Source of the DNA: Amphiscolops sp. MND2022
Taxonomy: Eukaryota
Reading direction: 5' to 3'
DNA: 64,000 nucleotides
NCBI GenBank assembly: GCA_964187785.1
Contig: OZ076409.1
Location: 75,580,001 to 75,644,000, forward strand
Shown: positions 25,201-38,700 of the stretch, in pieces
Layout of the letters: every line of letters begins with the position of its first letter
Position numbering within the stretch: the first letter of the stretch is position 1
The notes under the pieces: generated by a model
Seen by the model: the letters and a program-made list of their open reading frames with translations, nothing else
Told to the model about the DNA's origin: nothing
Database searches by the model: none
Position numbers and translations under genes: made by a program

Positions 25201-28200
25201 TTCCATCTCCCTTCCCGGGGGAGATGAGAATGTACTCGCTAAAAGCCAAGAACTACGGCCAATACCTTCCCGAGCTACGCACTACAAATATTGCATATGC
25301 ATGCAGACCTTTTGATACATTTTTATCTTTGTAGATTGACTGGAAAAACCGAAAACTCTGTCCTGATTATACAAAGTTTCCTCACAACGACACATGTTTA
25401 CGTCAACGCCCCATAGTTCTTATCAACGCCCCCCGTCCGTGGGCATGCCGTGGCATGCCCTTCGACGACGTGCACCAAAATATATTCGAGCGCAGTAGCA
25501 GCTAGGTGCCGGGATTTTCTATTCGACAAGTTTGCGCGCCTTGGGGAGGGTCCCTTTGCGCGCTTTAAGATCCAGGTGTTTCCAACTCCTAAACGGGCAT
25601 GTGATTTCGACGATCTCCTAAACTAGCCATACGATTTGGCTGAAATTTGGCACACGTACCCCCCTCGGCACGGTGAAGATGATTTCCTTCTGACGTTTTT
25701 CCCGCTAAACATTTTTTGTTGACCAAAATAACGGTTTTTGGGGTAAATTTTTGAACTTTTTTTAAATTTCATCTTATATCTCGCCACGGGTACACGCTAG
25801 CGCTTCCAAACCTTGCTGACGAAAGTTTGCAAACTGTCTCAGGAATGCTGTGTGAAATTTTCAGCTCAATCGGACTTAAACTCGTGGAGATATAGCGTTT
25901 TTCCGGAGCGGGGGGGTTTCGTTTTTCTAACGGTCCAGCTTATCTTTGCCATTTTTTCGAAAATGCACTCGCCTAAAGGCCTCCCCTGGCCGGTTTTATT
26001 CCCAACAAAACCATTTGGCCCTAAATACGGAGTTTCAGCGTTCCAGCATTCCCGGGCGAAAAGTTGTGGGACTTAGAAAATTTCAAAAATTTTCAAAAAA
26101 TTTTTTTTCCGTTATTTGGGCCCCCAAAGTGGGGGAAAAGACCCCCCAACCAGTAAAGCAAGTGAATGCATGTGGAAAGCCCTTAGTTAGATGAGAAAAA
26201 TGGCGTTTAGAACGTCTTTTTGTCTTGGCTCAACGTTGTCTTATGACGTTTTGAAGGTGACCGTTAGATACGGAAAATTGATGTTTTGAGTCTTTATCCC
26301 ATCTGAAAGCCACTGAGATACAACATGTTTTGCTCAAAACGTATTTCATTGCAGTTTCGCTGTCCATTAACACCATTTGGTGTCTTTTGACGTATTTTTC
26401 TTTTCTATAATATCATTTTTTCTGTGTATTTATTCATTTGTTTTTCATCAAATAACTTGAAACAGTTGAGTACATTCCATCTCCCTTCCCGGGGGAGATG
26501 AGAATGTACTCGCTAAAGGCCGCGAACTACGGTCTATATCTTACCCAACACAAAAGAGATTGAAAATTGTTTCATTTTGTGGAAAAAGTTCTTCTTTTTG
26601 TACACTGTGACTCGACAAAGTGAACGTTTCTTACCTATTTTGAAACTTCCCTCACCAAAAACCATCTCTAACGTCAGCGCCCCCCTATTTGCATCAACGC
26701 CCCCCGTCCGTGGGCATGCCGAGGCATGCCCTTCGACGACGTATACCAAGATAAAACTGGAGCGCGGTAGCCGCTAGGTGCCGGTGTTTTTTTACACAAT
26801 GGGGGAAGTTGCGCGGTTGGGGAGGGTCCCTGACGCGCTTCCGTGGTATCGGGTCTTTCAACCGATGAAAACGACATAAAAAATTGGGATCTCGTAAACT
26901 AGCCATACGATTTGGCTGAAATTTGGCACACGTACCCCCCTCGGCACGGTGAAGATGATTCCCTACTGACGTTTTGCTCGCTAAACATTTTTTGTTGACC
27001 AAAATAACGGTTTTTGGGGTAAAATTTTCAACTTTTTTTAAATTTCATCTTATATCTCGCCACGGGTTTACGCTAACGCTTCCAAACTTTGCTGACGAAA
27101 GTTTGCCAACTGCCTCAGGAATGCTGTGTGAAATTTTCAGCTCAATTGGACTTGAACTCGGGGAGATATAGCGTTTTTCCGGAGCGGGGGGGTTTCATTT
27201 TTCTAACGGTCCAGCTTATCTTTGCCATTTTTTCAAAAATGCACTCGCCTAAAGGCCTCCCCTGGCCGGTTTTATTCCCAGCAAAACCATTTGGCCCTAA
27301 ATACGGAGTTTCAGCGTTCTAGCATTCCCGGGCGAAAAGTTGTGGGACTTAGAAAATTTCAAAAATTTTCAAAAAAATTTTTTCCGTTATTTGTGCCCCC
27401 AAAGTGGGGGAAAGCACCCTCCAACCAGTAAAGCAAGTGAATGCATGTGTAAAGCCCTTGTTTAGAGGAGAAAAATGCCGTTTAGAACGTCTTTTTATCT
27501 TGGCTCAACGTTGACTTATGACGTTTTGAAGGTGATGTTTGGAGGTGTAAAGCACGTGAATAGTAAACGTTATGAGTTTTTATCTGATCTGAAAGCCATT
27601 GAGATGCAATATGGTTTGCTCAAAACGTAATTCATGGCAATTTGGCAATCAATCAACACCCTTTGTTGTCGTTTGACATACTTTTTTGTTGTTAAAATAA
27701 AAAATTTTGTGTATTTATTCATTTTTTTCTCATCAAATAACTTGGAACAGTTGAGTACATTCCATCCCCCCCTTCCGGGGGAGATGAGAATGTACTCGCA
27801 AAAAGCACCGAACTAGGGCCCTTACCTTCCCGAGCTACGCAGTATAAGGATTACATATTGGTTCCGACATTTTCAAGAGTTAAATCTTGGTAATCTGTCT
27901 GGATATGCAGAAAATCAGCACGTGCCTTTTAATACCAAGTTGCTCACAACGACAATTATTTTATATCAACGCCCCTATATTTATCAACGCCCCCCGTCCG
28001 TGGGCATGCCGAGGCATGCCCTTCGACGACGTATACCAAGATATGTTCGAGCGCGTTAGCCTAGGTGCCCGGATTTCTATTCGATAAAGTATGTGGCGCG
28101 CCTTGGGTAGGGTCCCTTGCGCGCTCTTGGGTATGGTGTTCACCAGCTAGGAAACAGGGGTCGATTTTTCGGGATCTCCTAAACTAGCCACACGATTTGG

Positions 28201-31200
28201 CTGAAATTTGGCACACGTACTCCCCTCGGCACGGTGAAGATGATTTCCTACTGACGTTTTTCCCGCAAAATTTTTTTTGTTGTCCAAAATAACGGTTTTT
28301 GGGGTAAAATTTTCAACTTTTTTTAAATTTTATCTTATATCTCGCCACGGGTTTACGCTAGCGCTTCAAAACCCTGCTAAAGAAAGCTTGCAAACTGTCT
28401 CAGGAATGCGGTGTGAAAATTTCAGCTCAATCGGACTCAAACTCAGGGAGATATAGCGTTTTTCCGGAGCGGGGGGGTTTCATTTTTCTAACGGTCCAGC
28501 TTATCTTAGCCATTTTTTCGAAAATGTACTCGCCTAAAGACCTCCCCTGGCCGGTTTTATTCCCAGCAAAACCATTTGGCCCTAAATACGGAGTTTCAGC
28601 GTTCCAGCATTCCCGGGCGAAAAGTTGTGGGACTTAGAAAAATTCAAAAATTTTCAAAAATTTTTTTTTCGGTTTTCCGCCCTCCCCCCCGAGGGGAAAA
28701 GACCCCCCAACAAGTAATTTGAGTGAATTCATGTGGAAAAGCCATGTTTAGAGGAGAAAAATCCCGTTTAAATCGTCTTTTTATCTTTATTCAACGTTGA
28801 CTTATGACGTTTTGAAGGTGATGTTTGGAAGGTGTGAAGCACGTGAAAAGTAAACGTTATGAGTATTTATCTGATCTGAAAGCCATTGAGATGCAATCTG
28901 TTTTGCTCAAAACGTAATTCATATCCGTTTGGTAGTCAATCAACTCCCTTTGTTGTCATTTGACATCTTTTTTTGTTGATATAAGAAAAAATTTCGTGTA
29001 TTTATTCATTTTTTTCTCATCAAATAACTTGAAACAGTTGAGTACATTCCATCCCCCCTTCACGGGGGAGATGAGAATGTACTCGCAAAAAGCCCCAAAC
29101 TACGGCCCTTACCTTCCTGAGCTACGCAGTATAAAGATTGCATATTGGTTCCGACATTTTCATAGAGTTATATCTTGGTAATCTGTCTGGATATGCAGAA
29201 AAACCAGCACGTGCTTTTTTATACCAAGTTGCTTACAACGACAATTATTTTATATCAACGCCCCCATATTTATCAACGCCCCCAGTCCGTGGGCATGCCG
29301 AGGCATGCCCTTCGACGACGTATACCAAGATATACATCGAGCGCGTTAGCCTAGGTGCCGGGATTTCTATTCATTAAAGTATGTTGCGCGTGTGGGTAGG
29401 GCCCCTGGCGCGCTCTTTTATTTCGGGTACACCTACTCCAAATTCACGATGTGATTTCGACGATCTCGTAAACTAGCCACACGATTTGGCTGAAATTTGG
29501 CACACGTACCCCCCTCGGCACGGTGAAGATGATTTCCTACTGACGTTTTTCCCGCTAAACATTTTTTGTTGACCAAAATAACGGTTTTTGGGGTAAAATT
29601 TTCAACTTTTTTTAAATTTCATCTTATATCTCGCCGCGGGTACACGCTAGCGCTTCCAAACCTTGCTGACGAAAGTTTGCAAACTGTCTCAGGAATGCTG
29701 TGTGAAATTTTCAGCTCAATCGGACTCAAACTCAGGGAGATATAGCGTTTTTCCGGAGCGGGGGGGTTTCATTTTTCTAACGGTCCAGCTTATCTTAGCC
29801 ATTTTTTCGAAAATGTACTCGCCTAAAGACCTCCCCTGGCCGGTTTTATTCCCAGAAAAACCATTTGGCCCTAAATACGGAGTTTCAGCGTTCCAGCATT
29901 CCCGGGCGAAAAGTTGTGGGACTTAGAAAAGTTCAAAAATTTTCAAAAAAAATTTTTTCCGTTATTTGGGCCCCCAAAGTGGGGGAAAAGACCCCCCAAA
30001 CAGTAAGGCAAGTGAATGCATGTGCAAAGCCCTTGTTTAGAGGAGAAAAATGCCGTTTAGAACGTCTTTTTATCTTGGCTCAACGTTGACTTATGACGTT
30101 TTGAAGGTGATGTTTGGAGGTGTAAAGCACGTGAATAGTAAACGTTATGAGTATTTATCTGATCTGAAAGCCATTGAGATGCAATATGGTTTGCTCAAAA
30201 CGTAATTCATGGCAGTTTGGCAATCAATCAACACCCTTTGTTGTCGTTTGACATACTTTTTTGTTGTTATAATAAAAAATTTTGTGTATTTATTCATTTT
30301 TTTCTCATCAAATAACTTGAAACAGTTGAGTACATTCCATCCCCCCCTTCCGGGGGAGATGAGAATGTACTCGCAAAAAGCACTGAACTACGGCCCTTAC
30401 CTTCCCGAGCTACGCAGTATAAGGATTACATATTGGTTCCGACATTTTCATAGAGTTAAATCTTGGTAATCTGTCTGGATATGCAGAAAAACCAGCACGT
30501 GCTTTTTTATACCAAGTTGCTCACAACGACATTTATTTTATATCAACGCCCCCATATTTATCAACGCCCCCCGTCCGTGGGCATGCCGAGGCATGCCCTT
30601 CGACGACGTATACCAAAATATGTTCGAGCGCGTTAGCCTAGGTGCCGGGATTTCTATTCGTTCGAGTATGTGGCGCGTGTGGGTAGGGCCCCTGGCGCGC
30701 TCTTGTGTTTGGGGGTTTCCTACTTCTAAATCACGTTCAGATTTCCGGGATCTCGTAAACTATCCATACGATTTGGCTGAAATTTGGCACACGTACCCCC
30801 CTCGGCACGGTGAAGATGATTTCCTACTGACGTTTTTGCCGCTAAACATTTTTTGTTGACCAAAATAACGGTTTTTGGTGGAAAATTTTTGATTTTTTTT
30901 TAAATTTTATCTTATATCTCGCCACGGGTCCACGCTAGCGCTTCCAAACCTTGCTGACGAAACCTCGCAAACTGTCTCAGGAATGCTGTGTGAAATTTTC
31001 AGCTCAATCGGACTTAAACTCGGGGAGATATAGCGTTTTTCCGGAGCGGGGGGGTTTCATTTTTCTAACGGTCCAGCTTATCTTTGCCATTTTTTCGAAA
31101 ATGCACTCGCCTAAAGGCCTCCCCTGGCCGGTTTTACTCCCAAAAAAACCATTTGGCCCTAAATACGGAGTTTCAGCGTTCTAGCATTCCGGGGCGAAAA

Positions 31201-34200
31201 GTTGTGGTACTTAGTAAATTTCAAAAATTTTCAAAAATTTTTTTTTCGTTATTTGGGCCCCCAAAGTGGGGGAAAAGACCCCCCAACCAGTAATTTGAGT
31301 GAATTCATGTGGAAAGGCCATGTTTAGCGGCGAAAAATGCTTTTTAGATCGTCTTTTTATTTTAACCTGTTGTTGACTTATGTTGTTTTGAAGGTGATGT
31401 TTGGATGTGTGAAGCATGTGAAAAGGTAATTTTTTGTGTCTTTATCTCTTCTAAAAGCCATTGAGATGCAATCTGTTTTGCTCAAAACGTAATTCAATGC
31501 AATTTGGCAGTCAATGAACACAATTTGGTGTCTTTTGTTATATTTTTCTGTTGATATAATAAAAAATTTTGTGTCTTTATTAATTTTTTTTAAATAAAAT
31601 AACTTGAAACAGTTGAGTACATTCCATCCCCCCTTCCGGGGGAGATGGAAATGTACTCGCTAAAAGCCGCGAACAAGAGCCCATACCTTCCTGCGCTACG
31701 CAGTATAAAGATTGCATGTTGGTTCCGACTTTTTGGTAGTGTTATATCTTGGTAATTTGACTGAATATGGAGAAAAATCAGCAAGTGCTCTTTTATAGCA
31801 AATTGCTGACAACGACAATTTTTTTATATCAACGCCCCCATATTTATCAACGCCCCCCGTCCGTGGGCATGCCGAGGCATGCCCTTCGACGACGTATACC
31901 AAAATATGCGTTAGCGCGGTAGCCGCTAGGTGGCCGCGTCTTTTGTCGAACTTTAACCATGGAGGCGCGGGTAGGGTCCTGCGCCGACTTAGTGCCTTTA
32001 CTATGATACAAAAATAGGTACCTGAGTAAACGATCTCGAAGATGAGCCGTCAGAAATTCCTGAAAATTTGCATGTGGCCCCCAATTGGCGAGCATATGAA
32101 AAGTGTAGGAGGTCATTTTTCCCAAATTCCACTGTGAGACGAGATAAACGCGAAAAATGAGGTAAAAAATGGACCTATTTTTGATAAATTTTGCAATATC
32201 TCGTTCCAGAGGCATCGGAGGTACCGTATACCTGACGTGGAAAATGCTCGGCATGTGAAGGGGGTTACGTGGACAAATTTTCGTCCAAATCGGATAAAAA
32301 TTGACAGAGTAATAACAAATTTTTTTGTGCATTTTGGCGACTTTTTCAGAAAACCCAGTTTATCTCTGCCGTTTTTTGCCCAGATTTTTTTCTAGAACCT
32401 CTCCTAAAGGCCTCCCCTGGCCGGTTTACCTCCCAAAAAAACCATTTGGCCCTAAATACGAAGTTTCAGCGTTCTAGCATTCCCCAGTGAAAAGTTATGG
32501 GACTTAGAACTTTTTCAAAAATTTTCAAAATTTTTCTAAAAAAGTTCAAGCCGCCCAAAGTGAAGAAACTTCCACACAACTAGTATTGCAAGTGAATGCA
32601 TGTGGAAAGCCCTGCACTTGACGAGAAAAATGCCGTTTAGAACGTCTTTTTATCTTAACTTGATGTTGACTTATGATCTTTTGAGTAGCGTATAACACGT
32701 GATCACAGTAGTGAAAATCCTAATTTTCAATAATTTTCAAACAATAACGCATGAAACGAACCTGGAAAAGGTTCCGATGGGTCAGTTGGGATGTCTGAAG
32801 CATGTGTACTTTTCCGTAGTGTATAGCGGATGTATTTGGGACTTATTAGAAATTGTGATATATTTTATACAAGTCTTTGTTTCTCTTAGAATCTTATGCA
32901 GTTGAGTACATTCCATCTCCCTCTCAGGGGAGATGTGAATGTACGTTTGCCAAACGCCTTGTAAAGCTCACAAATTAGATGGATTCAAATAACTAAACAA
33001 GTGTGATTTGCGTTTGCCGAACCACTGCGACAAAATATCCTAAATCTATAGCGAGATTGTATGGTTTTTGTATTTAGTGTTTCGTCTTGTGTAGCCGACT
33101 TCCACATCCAAATATCAACGCCCGCCGTCCGTAGGCATGCCGAGGCATGCCTTTCGACGACGTATGCCAAATACCCAATGCCACACAGTCTTTTCCCGCT
33201 AGGTGCCGGGATTTCTATTCGATAAAGTATGTGGCGCGCCTTGGGTAGGGTCCCTTGCGCGCTTTTGGGTATGGTGTTCACCAGCTAGGAAATAGGGGTC
33301 GATTTTTCGGGATCTCCTAAACTAGCCACACGATTTGGCTGAAATTTGGCACACGTACTCCCCTCGGCACGGTGAAGATGATTTCCTACTGACGTTTTTC
33401 CCGCAAAATTTTTTTTGTTGTCCAAAATAACGGTTTTTGGGGTAAAATTTTGAATTTTTTTTAAATTTTATCTTATATCTCGCCACGGGTTTACGCTAGC
33501 GCTTCAAAACCCTGCTAAAGAAAGCTTGCAAACTGTCTCAGGAATGCGGTGTGAAATTTTCAGCTCAATCGGACTTAAACTCGGGGAGATATAGCGTTTT
33601 TCCGGAGCGGGGGGGTTTCATTTTTCTAACGGACCAGCTTATCTTAGCCATTTTTTCGAAAATGTACTCGCCTAAAGACCTCCCCTGGCCGGTTTTATTC
33701 CCAGCAAAACCATTTGGCCCTAAATACGGAGTTTCAGCGTTCCAGCATTCCCGGGCGAAAAGTTGTGGGACTTAGAAAATTTCAAAAATTTTCAAAATTT
33801 TTTTTTTTCGGTTTTCCGCCCTCCCCCCCGAGGGGAAAAGACCCCCAACCAGTAATTTGAGTGAATTCATGTGGAAAGGCCATGTTTAGAGGAGAAAAAT
33901 CCCGTTTAAATCGTCTTTTTATCTTTATTCAACGTTGACTTATGACGTTTTGAAGGTGATGTTTGGAGGTGTGAAGCACGTGAAAAGTAAACGTTATGAG
34001 TATATATCTGATCTGAAAGCCATTGAGATGCAACCTGTTTTGCTCAAAACGTAATTCATATCAGTTTGGTAGTCAATCAACACCCTTTGTTGTCATTTGA
34101 CATCTTTTTTTGTTGATATAAGAAAAAATTTTGTGTATTTATTCATTTTTTTCTCATCAAATAACTTGAAACAGTTGAGTACATTCCATCCCCCCTTCAC

Positions 34201-35760
34201 GGGGGAGATGAGAATGTACTCGCAAAAAGCCCCAAACTACGGCCCTTACCTTCCTGAGCTACGCAGTATAAAGATTGCATATTGGTTCCGACATTTTGAT
34301 AGAGTTATATCTTGGTAATCTGTCTGGGTATGCAGAAAAACCAGCACGTGCTTTTTTATACCAAGTTGCTTACAACGACAATTATTTTATATCAACGCCC
34401 CCATATTTATCAACGCCCCCCGTCCGTGGGCATGCCGAGGCATGCCCTTCGACGACGTATACCAAGATATGTTCGAGCGCGTTAGCCTAGGTGGCCGGGA
34501 ACTTTTTTTCCTGCATTTTTCTGTCCAATTGGGGGAGGGGCCCCAAGTGGCTGTTATCCGGTTTTACTACCTACCCTAAACACGCTCAAAAAATGACGAT
34601 CTCGAAAACCACCCCTTAGATTTTCCTGAAACTTTGCATACAGGCTTAGAATCAAATCCTAAGAACTATTTCCTACTGGCGTTTTTCTGAATTTTTTCAA
34701 AAAGTTGGTCAAAAATGCAACAAAAGTTGCCAATGGACATAAAAAACGCAACTTTTCGACTTTGAGGGCTTATAACTTTTTCCAGAGTGCCCGGAGCAAT
34801 TCGTACAGTAAGAACAATATTGCTCAGCATTGTTGGAGGAGTGCGTGGACAAATTTGGGGTTGAATTGGATGAAAATTGACTGAGAAATAAACGAAAATT
34901 TTGGTGCATTTGTTGCAAATACCAGTTTATCTCTGCCATTTTCGCCCAAAATTTTTCCCAGAGCCTTTACAGGAGGCAACCCCTGCCCAAATTTCTGCCG
35001 AGCAAACCCATTTGGCCCTAAATACGAGGTTTCAGCGTTCTAGCATTTCCTGGCAAAAAGTTGTGGGACTCAGAAAAATTTCAAAAAAACGCACAAATTG
35101 TAAAAATTAACTTCTGGCGTCCCAAAGTCAAAAAACTTTCACACAACTAGTATTGCAAGTGAATGCATGTGGAAAGTACTTGCATAGACGAGAAAAATGA
35201 GCTATAGAACGACTCTGTAGCTTAATCTGACGTTGACTTATGACATTTTGAGTGTGAGCTTCCTATAGGATTTTAATGTCAAAAATGAGATTTTGTAAGT
35301 CATGTCTAATCAAAAACTCATCGGAATACGTTCAATCATCCCCATAGCTGTTCAATTACAGTGGCTCAGTAGAGCAACGCCATTTAATGTCCTTGGACCC
35401 ATTTTGAAAATTTTCCTTACCGTCTTATTCGTCCGATATCACGAAACAGTTGAGTACATTCCATCTCCCCCCTTGTGGGGGAGATGAGAATGTACTCGCC
35501 AAAGACCTGATACAGTGGCCCATATTGAGTTTTATTTGACTTTTCTCACGATATTGCACACGGATAGCTGTGTTTGGTAAAAGTTTTCCTTTGCACAATG
35601 TCTCCAGAAGCTAAACCACTTCTTTAGCTTACACTTCTACTCAAACATCACTAACGTCAACGCCACATACTCGCATCAACGCCCACCGTCCGTGGGCATG
35701 CCGAGGCATGCCCTTCGACGACGTATGCCAAATAGCGCCACCTGGCGCCCCCAATTTCCG

Positions 35761-38700
35761 CTAGGTGGTCGGGTATTTTTTTTTACTCGTATATGACGTT
35801 TGCGAGGCTTTGGGGAGGGCCCCGTGCCGAGCCTGTTCCGAAAATCGCCACATGTAGAAATCTGGCACTAAAATGCGAGATCTCAAAAAGTAGCCGTTAG
35901 AATTCTCTGAAATTTTGCATGTGGCTCCTAATCAATGAGTAATGAAAAAGTGTAGGAGTGACGGTTGCTGAAAAAATTGTCTTTGTTGCACTTTTTGCGC
36001 ATTTTTTGTCGCATTGTTGCGTTTTTTATGTCATTTTCGACTTTTCAAGCAAAAACTCATGGATGCTTTGTTCCTAGCGCATCAAGTGTGGTGCACGAAA
36101 AGTTGCAGCATCTCCAAGTGCGTATGCTGAGAAAATTTGGTTGCCGTCGGGTTACCCCCCACAGAGCTAGAGGGGTACTTCCGGTTATTTTTGACCCCCT
36201 AAATTAGCTAAACTGCTAATTTTTGTAATGAAGCCGTAGATTTAGCGTGTCCGCACCCTGCTGAAGTTTTGTTAAACATTTTGAGAGAGACCCAATGACA
36301 TGTGTTCAGTTCACCCCCGATCACCCCCTTGACCGGAAATGAACGTTTTTGTGCACTTTCAGACCGGATGTCTCCATTTTCACCGGTAAGGAGGCCTTGT
36401 ACGACCAACTAGCAGGATATCAAAATTGAAGTATAACCCAGGGTCAACTTAATGACCACGTGTTGTCCAGTCATGGGTTTCACTTTGACCGGAAATGGGC
36501 TCAAAACCCCACTTTTAGTAGTTTTTTATCAATTTGAATAGTGTTTGGTCCACATTCAGGTGGCGTAAGTCACTTGCACCAGTGTGAGTATCAACTGCAT
36601 GTTCCCTGCGTAGACGTAACTGACACTGTCAGATACCGGAAGTAACCCCATGTGACCGGAAGTGGTCAATTTTGACCGGAAATGGTCCAAAAAGTAGCGT
36701 AAAAGCAGTTTTTCACTACTTTTTAGGGACAATTTTTTACTTTTTTTCAATCTGAATGCCTCCTTTATACTACCAAAGCTAACATCGTTGCCTGTTTTGC
36801 TAAAGATTTGACAATTGATTACCTTTATCAACCCCGATAGCCTTCCAAGTTGACCTTGGGTCAATCTTGAAGGCTATCTATACCTAAAACGAAAAATCGA
36901 GATAAGTTGTTTTCTCCATTACGTTGATAATTTTTCCTTGATGTCAAATTGTTAAGCAAAGACTTTTAAGCAAATTAATGATCTGAATCTTGTTCAGAGG
37001 TCTCACCCTGAGGAAGATTATTTGAGATTGAAGTAAACTGAGAATGAGGTTAGTATTTGTCAACATCAGAGAATCTTATCAACGCCCACCGTCTGTGGGC
37101 ATGCCGAGGCATGCCCTTCGACGACGTATGCCAAATAGCGCCACAGGGCGCCCACACTTTTGCTAGGTGGTCGGGGTGTGTTTCCCAGCCGTTTTTGCCG
37201 CGCGGGGAGGGACCCGTTCAGCGGCCCTGGTAATTCAAAATGTACATTCAAAAAGTGACCACCCTGAAAGCGATTTCGAAACCCACCCGTAGAATCCCTC
37301 TGAATTTTTGCATACACCTCCGTATAACAGATGTAAGAAAAAGTCAGCAAGGGCGTTTTCAGTTCTAAACGGGGAATGTTGACCAAAAAGCGCAATTTAT
37401 GTCCAAAAAAATGCAATTTTTCGACTTTTTTATTTTTGACGGTCAACAGCTCTTTTCCAGATGCCCGCCCAAGTCATAAACCGGAGAGAGCTTTTGTTGG
37501 GCACTTCGTGAAGAATCTTCAGGGTGATATTCATTTCAATCGTATTTCCTGACGTTGACTTTTATGGGACGCAATTAGGTGACAAATTGGGTGAAAAAAC
37601 GCAATTTTGGTACTCAAGGGCTCATAACTCGTTACAGAGTCAGTTTAGCAAGTTCATTTATATTTACGTTTTTGTTGTCTATCTATAAACAAACAATTAG
37701 GCAGAGACAAAATTTTCTGTGAAACATCGTGAAAAAAAGATATCACAGGTGTAAAAAACGCAAAAAATGTACTTTTTCGGATTTCGTGGAAAAAATTCAA
37801 AAAAGTCGCATCTACCGGCTGTTTCAGGTAGCGGGGTTTTTATTGCAGTTAATAGCTTACCTTTAGCAGTCATTTACTTGGATGGTTTTTGATTTTGATG
37901 AATTGCATGAAAACTTTCATTTTTTGCCTCACCAATATTGACACCCACGACTACAGTCGATTTTTCGAAATCACGTATTTAACTGGATATAACGTTTTTC
38001 CTGTGCGTTTTACGGTCCTCACACAGGGGTGCAAAATTGTTCCCCGTTTTGAACAGAGGGCATATGGTGAGTTTAGAGTAATTTGAAACGTTTTTGAAAT
38101 GTCCAGAGATGAACAAATTTACGGTTTTTTTGCCCACAAAACACTATTTTACGAAACCCAACACGTTTTGCCAAAAAAGACAAACTTCGTCCACACAACT
38201 TAGATTGCAAGTGGATGCATGCGAAGAGCACTTGAAATGACGAGAAAAATGAGCTATAGAACGTTCCTTTACGACCACCTGACGTGGACTTAAGATAATT
38301 TGAAAAATCACAAAAAAGAACAACGGTTCCAAAACAATCAGTTTGTAGTAAATGGCCAAAAACTCCATACACAACCCTCCGCGCAAGATAGTGTACGAGT
38401 ACGTTTTTATAACCAGTGAGCAGTGCAACAAATAAGCAAAAGTAAAACTTTATGTAGAAAATCGTCGGGAAAAGAAAAACGGGATTTTATATCACATTTA
38501 GGTGACAAAATTCAAAAATCAGTCTATCCATGGCATTTTCCTTAATATTTTTCGACAATACATCCACACTGGGTAAAATCTGCCTAAAATTGTGCCTACT
38601 AATACTATTTGATCATTTGGCCGCAAATTGAGCGTTCTAGTTTCCCCAGTCAAAAATTATGGGACTTCGAAATTTTTCAAAATTTTCATTTTTCAACAAA

